Source of the DNA: Lingula anatina
Lineage: Eukaryota > Animalia > Brachiopoda
Direction of reading: 5' to 3'
NCBI GenBank assembly: GCA_051362555.1
Contig: CM120644.1
Location: 5,154,954 to 5,218,953 of the forward strand
Length of the DNA stretch: 64,000 nt
A program made the translations under genes and the position numbers. The notes beneath the pieces were generated by a model. The model was not told the DNA's origin. It made no database searches and worked only from the letters and a program-made list of their open reading frames with translations. Below are positions 12,872-26,700 of this stretch, in pieces (position 1 is the stretch's first letter; each line of letters begins with the position of its first letter).

Positions 12872-14138
12872 CTAATTTTCAGCAGAACCATAGAAAAGGG
12901 CAGACTGGTTGGCTTTTTCGTCGTAATAAAAATGAAAACAACCAAATCAGAATTCTTCCAAACTAATGACACCATTTTTATCACGATCAGTGTCATGGAG
13001 GGGTACTTCTGATGGCAACGTGCTCCGAAATATTGATATAAAGTTGAAATACTCATCGGTGGACATTTCATTGTTGCAATCAGCGTCTAAGATGTGGAAC
13101 CAATCAGTACAATATTCCGGTCCTTGTACATTAACAGTGGTATTACGAATGTTTCTTTGGTATGCCTCCCAAAACATTTTGAAATTTATCACTTGGTCCA
13201 TGTCAGTAACCCAAAACAAAAAACTCCAGCTCATCAGTCCAAACACTGCCTTAGCCCTCCACGAGGAAAGCACGCGACGGCTTCTCTCTGCTGTCAAATC
13301 GACGAATTCCATTTTGTCTACCATCCCATCATTGTTGGTGTCGAAAATTGTGAACCAAGCTTTAAATTTCCGAATTGCAGTCAATTCACCCTGGATCAAA
13401 AATAGAAAATTAGAAATTATCAATATATTTAAAGGGTACTGCAAGGGTTTTTTTATCATTTAGATACCGAAAATAAGGTTTTCCCTGCACTTTATTATTT
13501 TATAATGCGTCTAACTTTGTGCTGATTTAAAACAATAAAAATCCCCTTGAAATGTATGATATTAATATCGGTGTTTTTTTCATTGTTATATATAAGCACT
13601 CAAAGCTTTTATCGTTAATTCAACACCTTTCTTTTTTAGGTGAGATTGAAATCATATCAATGAACAAGATTTTATCGCAAAATTTGGCATGGTTGATTAA
13701 AAGTGTATGGGCTTCAATCCCTTGTCGCCATTTTGGTTTAAATGTTTTTGCATCGGTGACATATATGCCCCTATTTAGTTTTTCATTTAACAAAAGCATC
13801 ATTTTGCTTTGCTAACGATAAACGTCACAGTATTCTTTTGTTGCTGACAAAGTAACTCTTTCCACACTGTGCAGCTTGTTACCTGTATATACTGGATTAT
13901 CAAATGTATATTAAAATATTAAATAGCCATGTATAAGGAGGGTTCAATTATGATTTATTCTTATATCTTATGTGAAGTTTACTCATAAATACGCTTACAC
14001 TGTAGTGCATTTAAGTTTTGTTAGAAGGAAGGGACATATAAAAAAGTTGTAACTAACCTCTTTGCCATGAGATATGACACTAGTGGTATCACAAGAGGCA
14101 AAAAGAACAATGGGCATCAGAAGAATAAACAGATACAT
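12872..14138 (-). pseudogene. Secreted EF-hand gene, copy 4, with in-frame TGA at 12947-12949. Exons 14058-14138 and 12872-13390
   Basis: Signal exon MYLFILLMPIVLFASCDTTSVISHGKE. After ...SLEEF the paralogous TTA (Leu) is TGA, and the frame continues FGCFHFYYDEKANQSALFYGSAEN to TAG at 12872. Confidence 0.75.
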
Positions 14139-15437
14139 GATAACGCTTCCAATCTGAAATAAATATAATAGTAAAACTAGCTGCTACGTATCATGTTAAT
14201 GATGATTCAAATTGAGTGTCCTGATATCCATAGTGAAAGGAAGAAACACCAAATCACCTCGAAAATGTATATTAATCAACAAACTGTTTTAGTCTTAAGT
14301 TCTAGTCTTCTGAAAGTGCTTCTTGTTCTATGGCGTAAATTACATTACCTACCACAACAGCCATTTCTACTGTACATCATGCAAAAACAGTTATTTCCTA
14401 AAATAACGCAATACTCACTGTCCTCAGCTGTTTTGGCTTTCACGCGGATCGAGGATATAGCTTACTTTAAATAAAGAAAATTGGGTGACACCATATTTCG
14501 TGGTCTTAGAAACAAATGCGGGCATGACGCAAGCAACGATATTAATCCAGTATTAAAGAAGGATAGTTGAGATCAATATCGATTTCTAAGATGCGATATT
14601 TTATTTATAGGACTTTTGATTTGACATTTTGTATGTAGCTTGTTTACTTGTTTTTGATACTCATCTCATGTAGTAGTCTAAAAAACAAAATCACAGTTAA
14701 TAAAGAGAAAATGACGATCAAAGTAAAATAGATATGTAATTGAATATTAATGAAAACGACTATAATTGATTGTTTGCTTCACTATTAGAAATGAATATCA
14801 TCAATGGATTTTGTCAAAGGTAATGTATACAGTAACACAGGAAATATATAGGTTAAAAATAACAGGTTTATATTTTATATTTAGAAACATGAATCATGGA
14901 AAAATATCAATTTAAAAATGATAACAACTTTTTAACAGAAAAATGTCAATGCTGAAATGTTTTAGAAAAAAACTTTTTTGCAATCAAAATAATCATGTAA
15001 AGGAGACGTTCTTTCCTTTGTTGTATTTACCATGAAATCTGATCTAGAACAAGAGGGGTTTTTCATTGATTTCCATGTAATTGAAAAATGAGGAACTGAT
15101 TAAAATTACTAAAGGATTTATTTACCAATGATTTGGGAATAAATTAATTTACATGGGTATAAACTTCTGCTGCGTGCCCAAAAGCCACCAATTTTAGATC
15201 AAAATTTCATAATTAACTAAAGGAAGAAGATATTTATTTTTCATTTCTGATATACTCACACTTTCTTCAAGCAAGTTTTCATGATTATACGTTATGTTTT
15301 GTGCTATACTGTACGACGTGGCATTTTGGAGTGTTACAACATCTTTTTCGCATTGTTCTTTATTTAAGGCAAAAAATATCTGGCTACATGTTTGCTTAAA
15401 ATAGAAGAATATTAAATCCTTCAATGTCTCTCATCGT

Positions 15438-15765
15438 TTATTGATCTGCAGGTCCATAGAAAATCATTGGCCGATAGCTTTCGTCGAAATAATAATTAGT
15501 AAAACAATTGAAAAAGAACTCTTCCCAACTAATTGACGCCATTTTTTAATCGCGGTCATTGTTGTTGAAGTGAAATTTTGGGAACAGCGTGTTGTGGAAT
15601 ATCCTTATAAAGTTGAAAAACTCATCAGCGGACATTACATTGTCGCAGTTAGCGTCAAGGTTGTTGAACCAGTCAGTACAGATATCAAACAGCACGGCAT
15701 TCAGCGTTTTATTTTGCTGGACAATTTGGATTACCTGAATCCACATCCGGGTAATTGTCATTTTA
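15438..15765 (-). pseudogene. 5'-truncated, disrupted EF-hand gene fragment, copy 5
   Basis: NKTLNAVLFDICTDWFNNLDANCDNVMSADEF, then a stop in EF4, then a WEEF...IFYGPADQ remnant. No N-terminal half or signal exon upstream. Confidence 0.85.
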
Positions 15766-17320
15766 AATTCACAATCAGACTAACTAACCCCAATTAATTT
15801 TTTTGTGAACTCCAATGTATGTTATGACAATGTAAAAAAAAATACGGTTTGCCTAATAGGGAAATATAGAAAGATTTATTGACAAATAAGAAAGGAAAAT
15901 CCCGTGAAAGCGTGTTCAATGCTGAAAAATACAGAGAGAAAAATATATTTTAAATCAGTATGAAAAAAATGGAGATGATTAAACGGTTGAGAGCTCCAAA
16001 CCGTCGTCCTCGTCACTGTAAAAGTATGTTTCTCTCTGTCCATATGAGAATCAAGATAAAGCTAGAAAAGGTTTCAGGTCCATCCATTGAATTAAACTGC
16101 GTCATGAATATGGAATCCCTTTTGTCATAATTTGTCATCCCATTAGTTTTATCTTGTTGTTGCATGCGAAACATATCGACAAAGATACGCATGTGTTTAC
16201 GAATGATAATACTAGGGAAGGTCCGGTGTGCAATTAACCAAAGTCTGAATCACAAAGGCAATTCGGTTATCAGTCAGGCGTGACATGGAAGTGACACTAC
16301 GGTCATTGCTTAAACTAATTAGACAACTACGTAAATCCAGTCCTCTACAGGTACATTAGAAACGAGTCAGAGGTATAAACGACTGAGTGGTGAATTATTG
16401 TATTCTTACCCTGCATGGATTGTTAGTGTGCCTATTTTATTTCTTTTCAGACATTTAAGCGCGCATGAATGTATATATTCATTTACATGGCTAGGTCATT
16501 TATGATCTGAAAAGGGAGATACAGACCATTTTGTACTTTATAGCGTATGTAATGTCCCACGTTGATTGCAAAAGCACCCCAGGCAGAGGTAGCAATAAAA
16601 GAAATCCCTAACATCGGTATTGCAACTCTTCCATTCATACTCCACACGCCTGCAGTAATCGTGAGAAAACACAATGGGTTTTCATTTTATACACCAGCAG
16701 CGGAAAATGATTACTTAAAAAATCCCTGTTCCTTTGCAGTTATCTGTATGGACACTAGTCAAACTCTGGTTCAGATATGAAAACATGACACATGAAAGGC
16801 CACCATAGTGATTTAACTGTTAGAATCTGGAACTTTAGCTGAAACCCACCTGAGACGGATTGCACACTAAAATCTCATAACTATAAGTGGTCTCCCCATC
16901 GTTTGTAACAGACACCAGTAATTGATTAGAGTCCGACGTACAATATTTATGGAAAATTAGGCGGACAATATGACGGGACTGCATTCAAGGCATTGGATGT
17001 ATCACCCAGGCACTGGTTATAAATCTTCCCTTTAAATAATGTAGAAACCGACCACACATGCTCTCATTAAAAATGTCCAGGGGGGGGGGGGGGGGGGGGA
17101 GGGGACGTCCGTCCTCGTTTTAGTAAATTGAATCTAACATTATTTGGTACATGACAGGCTAATCGTGCGTATTTTCCAATAGATATACGTCATCAGGACT
17201 GCAGCGTTTTACTATGATTGACCCTCCAGCGTGGGTATACGTGTTCTGTGACGTCACACCTCTGATTTGTCCACCCGAATGGCAATAACCTGTTATTTCG
17301 TTGACGGCCAGCGGTCTGGG

Positions 17321-20300
17321 ATGAACTTCACAAATCACACAGATTTACCAGAAAACGCAGAGCTGCAGTATGTAAACATAGTGTTTAGGCTGATACTAAC
17401 TGTATGTATTTGTTTCGGTAATATCATGGTCATAGCAGCCATACAGCGCTCACCAGCTCTGAAGAATGTTCCCAATCATTTCATCATGCACCTGGCCATT
17501 GCCGACCTCTCTGTTGGTGTGACCATGCCGTTCTACATCGCCTCCACCGCCCAGCCTGCACTCGTGAGGAACATATATCTGTGCATTCTGAGGTACGTAT
17601 AATTAAGTCTACTGTTTGAACGTGAAGGATAGCTCTTGTGCCAGGATTGCTATCTGTTTAAATGATTTCATAGAAACATTTTCTCGGATACCGCGTAAAT
17701 TTGTCAGAAAATGGCAAGTTAATAATCAATAAGCGTTGCGTAATTTGTCATGGAAAGAAAAGAAGGGATCTGGTTCTGGGACATTTTACACAAACACTCT
17801 CTTGCTTAAAATTAATAAAGTACTCAAAATGATCTTTTTTTCAAATAGGCGCAGTAAGACAGATACATCGTATAGCCCATCAGTGTTTTATAACAATTTC
17901 ATGTTCCAGTCATTTAAAGGTAATTTTTCCCCAATGGCGTGTACTTTTGTAATGATATGTGAAAACAGTTTATAAGTTACTGTAGTGCGTTGCCTCATAC
18001 TAATATGACAATGCTGAGAACCTTTGGGCTATTGAAAACAACGCTAAATTGGGGACTCAATTAAGGAGACTATTCACACAACTACGTGCATGTACCTCCA
18101 CCCACCCCCCGAATTCCACTCACCAAACACGGGCCATTGATTTGGCACCAAATGGCGTTGGGTCGGTTTCACTATGGACTCCCGTTAGTTTGGGCTAGCG
18201 CGTAGACAGTAATTTGGTCCCAGTTGGATTTGAGAACAGCCCGAATGGGAGCGAAATAGTACCCTTGTGCATTCCCAGTCATGCTTCCAGCTGGGAGTGA
18301 CGGCTGGGACAGATTGACAACTACAGACTTGACATTTAATATGGAATAGTTTTTTCCTATTTTACTGACTGATAAATGGAAGTTAGGATTAAAATCGTGT
18401 TTTAATAACTTTTAATTATCTCTTTGATGTCATTGTGACATCAGTTCATGAATGGAATTAGTCAGAGAAGCAAACAAAAACACATTGCCTATTCTATGTC
18501 ATACGTCAACCATTAAAAGAGATATTTTGGATCTCCATATTTTCCAAACTTCTGTCTGTAAAAGAGTAACACACCCCACAAAGGACCCTCATGTCAGTTT
18601 CTAGTCACAGTAACGGTCGCTGTTACGCCTAACCTCTTCGCGCTGCTACCAGCGCTCTCAAGCGGCAAGGCATTCCTTGGGATAGGTTTTTAGAGTTCAA
18701 TCTGGAATAACATTCCAGGCATCGGTCAAAATCTGTCCAATTTGGTCCAGTTTTGTTGTAGGACATGTAGGTCATTGATTATTCGGCGAGTAATGGCCTA
18801 CCCACATATTGTCAACGTGGTTCAAATATGGCGATTTTGATGACCAAGGTATCTGCTGATTCCCTTGGTTCTGTAAGTAAACTGCTATTAAAAGTGCTCT
18901 GTGTGAACTGGCAATCTTACCGTGCAACCAAAACATGTTCCCCCCTATCAAATGATAGTCAAGTGGTTCCCAGATTATTCCTTTATTTGATCTGGTTCAG
19001 GTTTTCGACGATGACTACCATTGGTGTTTTGGCACCAAAGTGGTATCCATCCCAAATACTGACGCTGTTAATGCCCTTAGTCAGTTTAGACACGGTACAC
19101 GCTTCGTCGTTGGCTTTTTCTGTTAACTCTGTTTTGACTAATTGAGCGGTACAGGTGAAATCTGACCTCAATAAAGCAAGTCACGGGGTTTCAGTGTTCA
19201 ATCCAGAAACGGTCAAGGTCCTCAATTCATTAGAGAAACATAGAACGATGTTTTGCCGTTTACAGTGGGTTCCTCGGAGATCGCCTGGTATTCTAACCTG
19301 CTAAAACCAGTTTGGTGTTCGTTAAAAGCCCTGAAAATACGTTTTGGTGGCAATTTACCCCTCCTTTTGAACGGATTGGGTGGTTTTTGTTTAGTTGCAA
19401 CAGCATATTCTGAAAGACAGTGGGTCCTGTACCCTGGCGGTACGATTTAAATACATTGGGTGTGGTGTCTGTGTAGGTACATCAGTCTGGGTATTACCCT
19501 ATAAAACTGCGCGGACCGTTTCGTTTGGCGCAATTATCTGTCTGGCAATGTCTGATTATTATTTTTTTTTGACATCATATTTAATGCTGCTTCCAAATAA
19601 AATTAAAATATCAAAGGGCTTCATTAACCAAGATAAACCTGAAATTTCTCAAATATCTGTTTTTATCATTTTTTGCACAATTAAACAATCTCACGAATTA
19701 CTTGATTACATACTTTCTTATCCAAGTTTTTATTATACTGATAGCAATGTAAAACAGAAGTAAATATATGCATAAACATTTCTGTAGTAAACCTATAGGT
19801 TCAACCTCGAAATTGAGTCAGTCTGCCCATCGCCGTCTACCGATATTTCTATTTTAATATCAAAAAGATGCCTGGTGCCCACTTTAAACGTCTCAAAGAT
19901 AAGACCATGCTCTCATTCCGATTTTTCTTTTTTTTATTTTTTATTCGTTTATAGGTACGGTGGCTTAGGAGTAACAGCCATGACATCAGTTCTGTGTTTA
20001 CTCTCTATAGCAATTGACAGGTACACCGCCATCGTCTACCCGTTACGCTACAACGCCATCATGACGCTATCACGTGCACGCCGTCTGACTGTTGTCATAT
20101 GGGTGATGTCTCTTGTCCTTTATCTCGTTATTCCATGCCTGTGGCACAACGAATGGGCGAACATTCCAGACAGAGACTGCTTGTACGTCAAAGTTATGAA
20201 ACGGGAATATCTAGGAGGCGTCAATAACCCGATGTTCGTGCTGGCCACCGTCTTCATCATGTGCCTGTATGGCAGAATATTCTACATTGCGCACAAACGG

Positions 20301-20669
20301 GGAAAAGAGGATCCTATAGGCCAATTTGTGCCCAGGAACTCGTTGGAAGTCGATTTGAAAATTGCCAAAATGGCCGCCATCGTTTTGGGCATTTTTGTGT
20401 TCTGTTGGTTTCCGTTTGTTGTCATAGTCGGTATTCAGGTCTATGGTGATCTCGTGTACTCAGAACCAATGAATGAGGTCAATAGCTACGTTACTAACCT
20501 GCTGTTTGTCAACTCTGCTGTTAATCCTGTGGTTTATGCATTTCGGTCGGAAACTTTCATGACAGAATTCAGAAAACTATTACACATTAAGGAAAAACCT
20601 CATTCCAATGTTCAGGCCCCGGCGTCTGTCATATTTTCAACTATGAATACAACAGATACAGCGCTGTAA
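17321..20669 (+). CDS. Class A (rhodopsin-like) GPCR, 328 aa, amine/adenosine-receptor-like, ligand unknown. Exons 17321-17592 and 19955-20669
   Basis: GN (TM1), LAIAD (TM2), DRY (TM3), CWFPF (TM6), NPVVY (TM7). N-terminal sequons NFT and NHT. Phase-2 GT-AG intron at CILR|Y. Confidence 0.9.
18625..19500 (-). mobile_element. Degraded Tc1/mariner transposase relic in the GPCR intron
   Basis: Broken frames give SVSIWDG..KTPMVVIVENLN (SVMVWG motif), SKSPYLNHVDNMW (SPDLNPIENxW motif), DAWNVIP and GMPCRLRALVAAR, with many stops and frameshifts. Confidence 0.75.
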
Positions 20670-22065
20670 AACATCCAATATGCGGTAGGCTTATCTTCAT
20701 TTCGAATGGCTGATAGTCTGGTGCCATGGTCGATTCGACCCTTGGCTACTTATGATGCCACTTAATATATTTTAGCGTCCGATTTCTTGCTGCGTCCCAT
20801 ATTTTTCTTTGTGTCATACCTGTGTTTTTCTTTAGTTGATTTTATAACAGGAGTAAGAAATTCAATAATTAAAAAATTATTTCAAATATAGTAAAAGTTA
20901 ATTACAAACATTGATAAATAAATGTTTAGGCCTATATATTGTTGCATATTGTAATGTACATTGACATTTTTCTCTTCAGTCAACAGCGCCGTTTGAGAGA
21001 GCTACACTGTACTTGACAGGTGCTCGTCGGCATGCACATACCTAAGATTAATGACATTTTAATGTAGTCTTATTGTCCAATTCGTCGTGTCCATTAATGT
21101 TTACATGAGCGTTAATGTAAATCTGTCATTTGCCGTCGCTGTCTCTCTAAAACTGGTCACGCACAATCACTTTATGGTCTAGGAAGGCCTGTCCAAGGCA
21201 TGATAGGGTATAAAGAACGGTGGGTGAAAGTTAACGGAGAGATAGAAAGATAGTAATGTACATATTCTGCTTTTAAGGAGTCTACTTGAATAATCACTGG
21301 TAGCAACCCGTTGTACTCATCCACATTATCATAAGATCCAGTAGTATCAACATTTATTGTAATCTATCATTGTACGAGTTGTTGAATAAAGAAAACGCGA
21401 AAAAAAAAAAAAAAAAAAAACGGTTTCGTCACAAGCTTGAAAAGTGTCAAATAAACTTCAGGGCGTGAAACCAAATAGTGGCAGCATTTACCTTTATCTT
21501 CTTATCTTAACTACCGTATAATTGTCAAAGAAAAAGCTAAAGTTACTTTCTCATTGCCTGTGGATATAGTAGGTATGGCAGCCCACATGCCTGTCAACAT
21601 TGGTGTTTGGCATTGTTCGACAATTACGGTCAATTTTGGGAAATGTGAAATGTAAGTCATTAAAAAGATATCTCATAGGACTTGACTGCCAAGTGCGACT
21701 ACTGTTCAGAATATCCCATCAAAATTTTTGAATTTAAACGAAAACATCTATCTCCACCTAAGAAATTGTGGTGAAATGGTTTTCCGGAAGGCGTTGAAAT
21801 AACAAATGCGATGAAAAATGTTAGCAAAGTTATATAAAGATTAAAAAAAAAAAAAAAAAAAACATTTTAAAAGCAGACCAAATAGCCTGTCACCATTTGG
21901 TTCAAGTTGAATCAATAGCATGGCTTGTTGGATAGTAGCTTCTTGTTATTCATTTTGACCAAATATTGATCTTACTTTAAATTTTTTGAAAGCTTTTCCT
22001 GTTCTTTTAATTCTTCATTATTTTGACTGTAAAGAAATATGAAAGCGAGGTTGACGCAGTGCATT

Positions 22066-22248
22066 GGGGTGTTCAGGGATGTTCAGGTTCCTGGCTTCAC
22101 ATCCAGTGTTGTTATGGCCGGCTAGTCAATAAGGGCGAAAGGTGAAATCAAGTAGCTTGCCGGTGACCCGTAGATTACTCAAGTCAAGCTCTCCTCCCCG
22201 TGGTACACCCTGGAAACTAGGTCCTAGCGGGCCTAGGCTAACGAGGCT
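22066..22248 (+). ncRNA. HDV-like self-cleaving ribozyme at the 5' end of the retro-insertion
   Basis: P1 GGGGUGU(22066-72)/ACACCCU(22205-11) with G1-U wobble. L3 UCCCCGU(22195-201). P1.1 GG(22212-13). P4 CUAGGUCC/GGGCCUAG(22217-36). J4/2 GCUAAC with C22238. P2 AGCUC/GAG(G)CU. P3 has one mismatch. Confidence 0.75.
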
Positions 22249-22441
22249 CTGGCTAAGGGAAGGAAAACCCTGATATAAAACCTACCGCGGGGGGCCAACA
22301 ACCCTCCCGGTTCAAATAAATGTTACAGAAACCACAAACTTCTACTGGCCTAGCACGTAGCCAGAGATAGGGCCAAATGGAAAGAAGTGACTGTTATGTC
22401 CCACACGGGACGAAGAGGAATGATGATGATGATGATGATGA
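22066..22441 (+). mobile_element. Short non-autonomous RTE-like retro-insertion with (GAT)n tail and 14-16-bp TSD
   Basis: TGACGCAGTGCATTGG at 22052-22067 and 22442-22457. The 3' end TATGTCCCACACGGGACGAAGAGGA followed by (ATG)n resembles RTE 3' ends. No ORF. Confidence 0.8.
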
Positions 22442-23716
22442 TGACGCAGTGCATTGGAACCCAGCTGTCATAAGATATGGACTCCGGATATCAGTTGAAT
22501 CCTACGATATGGATTCCGCGCGTGAAACATTAAATCCACAGTTAATGTGCGTTTATTAAGCAAGGTAAAAGGTGGTGTCAAGAAGTTCCAAGCAACTGAA
22601 AGTAAATTAAGTAATTTCAATTTCACAAAATGATTTTTTCGGCATTTAACAGTTCGTAAATATACCATTTGTATACTATGTATAATATCTGAATATCTGA
22701 ACGCGACACCAGACTGCTTAATCAAGACATCTGCTGCAAATATTTGAAATAATTTTATTCACTGTCCGTTTTCAAACTGACCCTTAAATGATACAATTAC
22801 ACAGAATAATACCGAGTTGATATAGATTACAAGTCAGCATAAATGCAATAAGTACAACTAAGGATTCAAGGTATCCATTTACTCGAATGACTCATGTAGC
22901 ATGTACCATGATACAAGGATGTATGGAGCTTAATTAGGAGGTACAGTAAATGATTTACATATGCAGTAGTACGAACATTTCAGTACCAGAATTCATTATA
23001 GAACCAATTTCTATTCTAAGTACACAGTTATATACTGAGCAATTCTTTTAATATACACAATTAAAAACATTTTCATAATAAACCAAACAATACATTTGCA
23101 TAGTTGAAATTCCCAAACAATTTGGAATTGTTTTACCTTCATATTTTTCACTACAAAATTTTACTGCTGCATGTTAATTTTTTTTATTTTCCACTAATAA
23201 GACTCCATTGTCTATAGAAAATATTTGGCCAGTGTTTTTTGTTATGTTTGGTATGTTTGCAGTGCCAACATACCAAATTAAAACATATTGGTACTAGAAT
23301 CTACAAAATTTTCTTCCGCTCAATTCAAACAATAAAAAAAAACTTTACAAGGCAAAAATAAACAAATAAAAATAAATTGTCTTACATTATAAGTAGTTTT
23401 TATAAAAAATCACAATAATATTTTAACATAATTAAATGCAACGGAGCATCACAGAAGGCAATCAGTAAAGCTTTAACTTACATTATAAATATTACTATCA
23501 ATCTACAGCAAGAGAGAAAGAGCAGGGGAGGTGTGGGGGTCCATAACAAAGACTGAGCTACTTCAAAAAGCAGTCTACAAAGATGTCCCACCACACCTCA
23601 GACAGCTAATTTTGTCAATAGAAAATTAATCATGTCTGTCAAAACATTATAAGTCAAATTAGACTGAACTAAACAACAAATATGTGCTAATTCAGTTGAT
23701 AAACAATCCCTGATCA

Positions 23717-26700
23717 TCACCACCATTTCTCATACATTATCTTATTTTTTGGCACTCCTGAATTCAGCAGAAATCCCTCCACGGCATTAGACATAGTGGA
23801 GGGTCCACAAATATAGCACAGTAGTTTCTCCGTGTTAAGTTTTTCTAAAGCCTCTGTAACATCATCCTCTCCTATTCTGCCATCTGAATAAAAATAGTAA
23901 TAATTACATGAAAACTGCATATCAATAAATTTAACTGTTACCGATTTGTTGACAAAGAAGTTTTCAACATATTCTAATAACAGTAGCAATTTTTTACTGA
24001 CAATTGTCTTAATTTAAACAAAGATGAGAGAGAAAGAGAAAGAGAGAGAGAGAGAGAGTGATCTTAGGAGGCTTAAGTTGCATAAATGAACTTATAGACA
24101 CATACTCCTCATGTGCGTGCTTTCTTTATTTTCTGGTTGCTGGGTGACGAAGAACTTGTAGAAAATGTTGGAACTTTTGTCTGCCAATTCTTTGATGTGA
24201 TCCTGAAAATATATGAGTTGTTTTCATCGCTTGTTATAACTGTGCCCTGCTTGAGGTTTATTCTTTTCGTTTACCCAAAAATTACAATAATGAACATGCA
24301 TGTCTTAAATTCTTAATCTATCCATATATTTTCATTTTTCAATATCAATTTTAGCCTCATTTTACATTAAATTTATCATGTATTCATGAGCACATACACA
24401 CACACATGAACACACATACTTGTCTATGTGTACCAACCGAGGACATCAGCACAACACCATACAACCGAGGACATCTTATTCCTTGGTTAAATCAAAATAA
24501 AAACATTCAATTTAGGGTAAAATCTATTCGAGTATGAATGTTATAAATTAATTTTTTATAAAAACTAATTTTTTGCTGACAAGAATTTTACATTCTAACC
24601 GAGGACACACACGGACACACACACGGACAGACACTACACATTACAACCGAGGACATGCATGCATCTACATGTAATAATGATTGTACTTTTAATGCAAAGC
24701 AAATTTTATATAGCGTTACTTTGCAGCAATTCACATTTTTATGAAATTCTTTCATATTTAAGGTAAATTCCAAAATAACACCAGAGGTGATGATTAAATG
24801 AACAGTTATACAATATTTAATGCTGGGCTTTGCCACTTTTTTAGATTTGAAGATTATGAGATAAAACATCAATTAATTTAGGAAAAGAAAGGATACTGAT
24901 GAAATAAAATAAAAGACCAAAGAAATTCGTTTTCAAACATTTTATTTTCATAATGCTTATTTTCTATTTAGCACTCTTTTATTATCATGAATTTTATATT
25001 TTGATAACACAAAGTGTCGTCCATTGGATACAGACTTGCACAGTACACAATTTTACAATTGAGGACATCATGCCAGCAGCACCCAAAATTGTGCTTTCTT
25101 CCAATTTGATGCAATATTATATAATGCTTAACAGCATAATGATCATCAATTTTTTATAATAAAATATTAGTATCATGAATATTCAGAAAATGTGACTAGC
25201 AAAGGTTTTCAGGTTCATGGAACTCCAAAGTCATACTTTGAAAATGCTAAATGTATACAAGAGAGCACTGTACTGAAATGGGTTTCTTTCCATTTTTAAC
25301 TTTTTTACATAAAATAATACAGTTTACTGCCATTTCACATGATCAACTAAGAAAATTGTTGAGATGGCAAAAATATCAATATAACAAGTTTAAATGTCCA
25401 ATTTCCTCCATTCCGAACATTGTGAATGATTGAATCTGACAAACTACAATGATACGAGTTCATTTCCATTTTGGCACTTTTTTTACACAATACAAGATAA
25501 CAGGTTTACCACCATTTTTATATAATCAACTAGCAATATTGTCAGGACGCAGAAATTGTCAAACAACCCATTTTACATATCTAGTAAATTCAATAATGAG
25601 ACTGTTTACATGCCTGACAATCAAATCTGAGGAAAACCACTTATATACAAATAAAAGCTGAAGTCCCTCAAAACTCAACCAATCAATCTTCTTTTTAAAT
25701 TTGATTTGTATATAGATAACATTGATCACTCTTGTGAGTTTAATGACAACAGGCCTATCGGTTCTCCCTGAAATGTGCTTACAGTGTTTCTTATATGCTG
25801 AAAAAAAAACAGCATAAAATTTGAAAGAAAAGGGCCTGGTCATGCTGATTTTCAATCTTGACCATTCTTTTACTCATAATAATCAGTTCTGTGAGTTTCA
25901 TGAAAACAGGCTTTAAGTTATTGGTTCTTCCTGAAATGTGCTTACAGTGTTACTTATATGCTTAAAAAAAAACAGCATAACATTTGAAAGAAAAGGGCCT
26001 GTTCATGCTGATTTTCAATCTTGACCATTCTTTTACTAATAATCATCAGTTCTGTGAGTTTCATGAAAACAGGCTTATTGGTTCTCCTTGAAATGTGCTT
26101 ACAGTGTTACATATATGCTGAAAAAAAAACCAGCATAACATTTGAAAGAAAAGGGCCTGGTCATGCTGATTTTCAATCTTGATCATTCTTTTTAATTTAC
26201 TAATAATCATCAGTTCTCTGAGTTTCATGAAAAGAGGCCTATTGGTTCTCCTTGAAGTGTGTTTACAGTGTTGCATGAACACTGAAAAAAGGAGAAAAAA
26301 ATGCAAAACTTTTGAAAATAATCACCCCTTTTCCTCCATTTTGAGACACTGTATTACACAGTACATGATAACATGTTTACCGTCATATTTATATAATCAA
26401 CTAGCAATGTTGTAAAGATGCAGAAAATTTCAGACAAACACTAACATATTTACATATAGTTAGTTCAATAACGAAACTGTCAACATGCCTGACAATCAAA
26501 TCTGAGGAAAACCATTTATATACAAATAAAAGCTGAAGTCCCTCAAAACTCAACCAATCAATCTTATTTTTAAACTTGATTTGTATATAGATAACATTGA
26601 TTACTCCTGTGAGTTTCTTGAAAACAGGCTTATTGGTTCTCCCTGAAATGTGCTTACAGTGTTACTTATATGCTGAAAAAAAAAAAAAAACAGCATAACA

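Noticed and set aside
12947-12949. In-frame TGA as selenocysteine
   Set aside because: It aligns to Leu (TTA), not Cys, in the paralogs, and no SECIS-like hairpin was recognised downstream.
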